DNA from: a virus
Taxonomy: Duplodnaviria > Caudoviricetes
Virus record (IMG/VR): IMGVR_UViG_2597490064_000001
Span: 5,421 to 69,420 of that record
Reading direction: 5' to 3' (one strand)
Length of the DNA stretch: 64,000 nt
Both the position numbers and the translations under genes were made by a program. The notes beneath the pieces were generated by a model. That model was not told the DNA's origin and did no database searches. It worked only from the letters and a program-made list of their open reading frames with translations. Shown in pieces: positions 63,603-64,000 of this stretch; the first letter of the stretch is position 1, and every line of letters begins with the position of its first letter.

Positions 63603-63788
63603 ATGCAAGACGCCATCGCCGTCATCGCCATCTCTAAAAAAGGCAAATCCCGCATTGGCACCAAGCTCACCACTGCCATTGTTGAGCAGAATCACCACGA
63701 TAAAATCTTCGTTGTGTTTCCTGAGCTAAATCAATGCAGGTGGATACGCAAAGACAACGATCCTGACTTTTCCATTGTTGATTTCTGA
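63603..63788 (+). CDS. Hypothetical early protein
   Basis: S.K.K.R...WI....DPDF motif. Confidence 0.55.
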   Translation: MQDAIAVIAISKKGKSRIGTKLTTAIVEQNHHDKIFVVFPELNQCRWIRKDNDPDFSIVDF

Positions 63789-63792
63789 AACC

Positions 63793-64000
63793 ATGCGCTA
63801 CGTCTGTAATTACAACGATCACGGCCCCTATTTCAGCGCTACGCAAGGGCAATATCAAGCAGCTCGCCTCAAAGAGCTGCTGATGCACGTCAGGGTGTGC
63901 ATGGAAGACGCAGATCAGGCCATTGGCGTGTTTGACGATGATTCTGAATGCATTGGCATGTGGCTTGATGAAGCAGAGCCCGTCGATGACGGGGAAGTGG
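63793..64000 (+). CDS. Hypothetical protein (runs off the window)
   Basis: ACCATG start; open to the window edge. Confidence 0.5.
   Translation, partial: MRYVCNYNDHGPYFSATQGQYQAARLKELLMHVRVCMEDADQAIGVFDDDSECIGMWLDEAEPVDDGEV

Overview
About 64 kb of a tailed dsDNA phage genome with siphovirus architecture. The host is probably a picocyanobacterium; this is inferred from an NblA-like gene, thyX, rlpA, cyanophage-type small proteins and SD-less ACCATG starts. Layout: terminase large subunit (minus strand, truncated at the left edge); DUF1073 portal, minor head protein, GT4-GT2-methyltransferase cluster, DUF2213 prohead protease, decoration protein and DUF2184 major capsid; head-tail and tail tube genes; tape measure; lambda-like tail tip (M, L, K, I, J); a long block of fibre/structural genes ending in a variable LamG-like cassette array; an inverted lysis module; nucleotide-metabolism and recombination genes (thyX, dcd, exonuclease, Sak-like SSAP); a primase-helicase; and an early region of small genes. 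No integrase, DNA polymerase, reverse transcriptase, tRNA or CRISPR array was found in the window. Most notable observations: (1) a textbook -1 frameshift signal in the HEAD module; (2) a copy of the major-capsid N-terminus inside the portal C-terminal extension, plus a recurring [R/K]-x-D motif across head proteins, together suggesting a protease-released capsid-cargo system; (3) a ~220-nt free-standing, highly structured ncRNA candidate with its own promoter and terminator, and a second pseudoknotted leader RNA; (4) seven predicted early promoters each followed by a covarying GNRA-tetraloop hairpin; (5) a 260-aa insertion inside the Fe-S motif of gpL; (6) a cassette array with G-rich/C-rich conserved arms. 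All calls are by eye from motifs and synteny; no searches were run.
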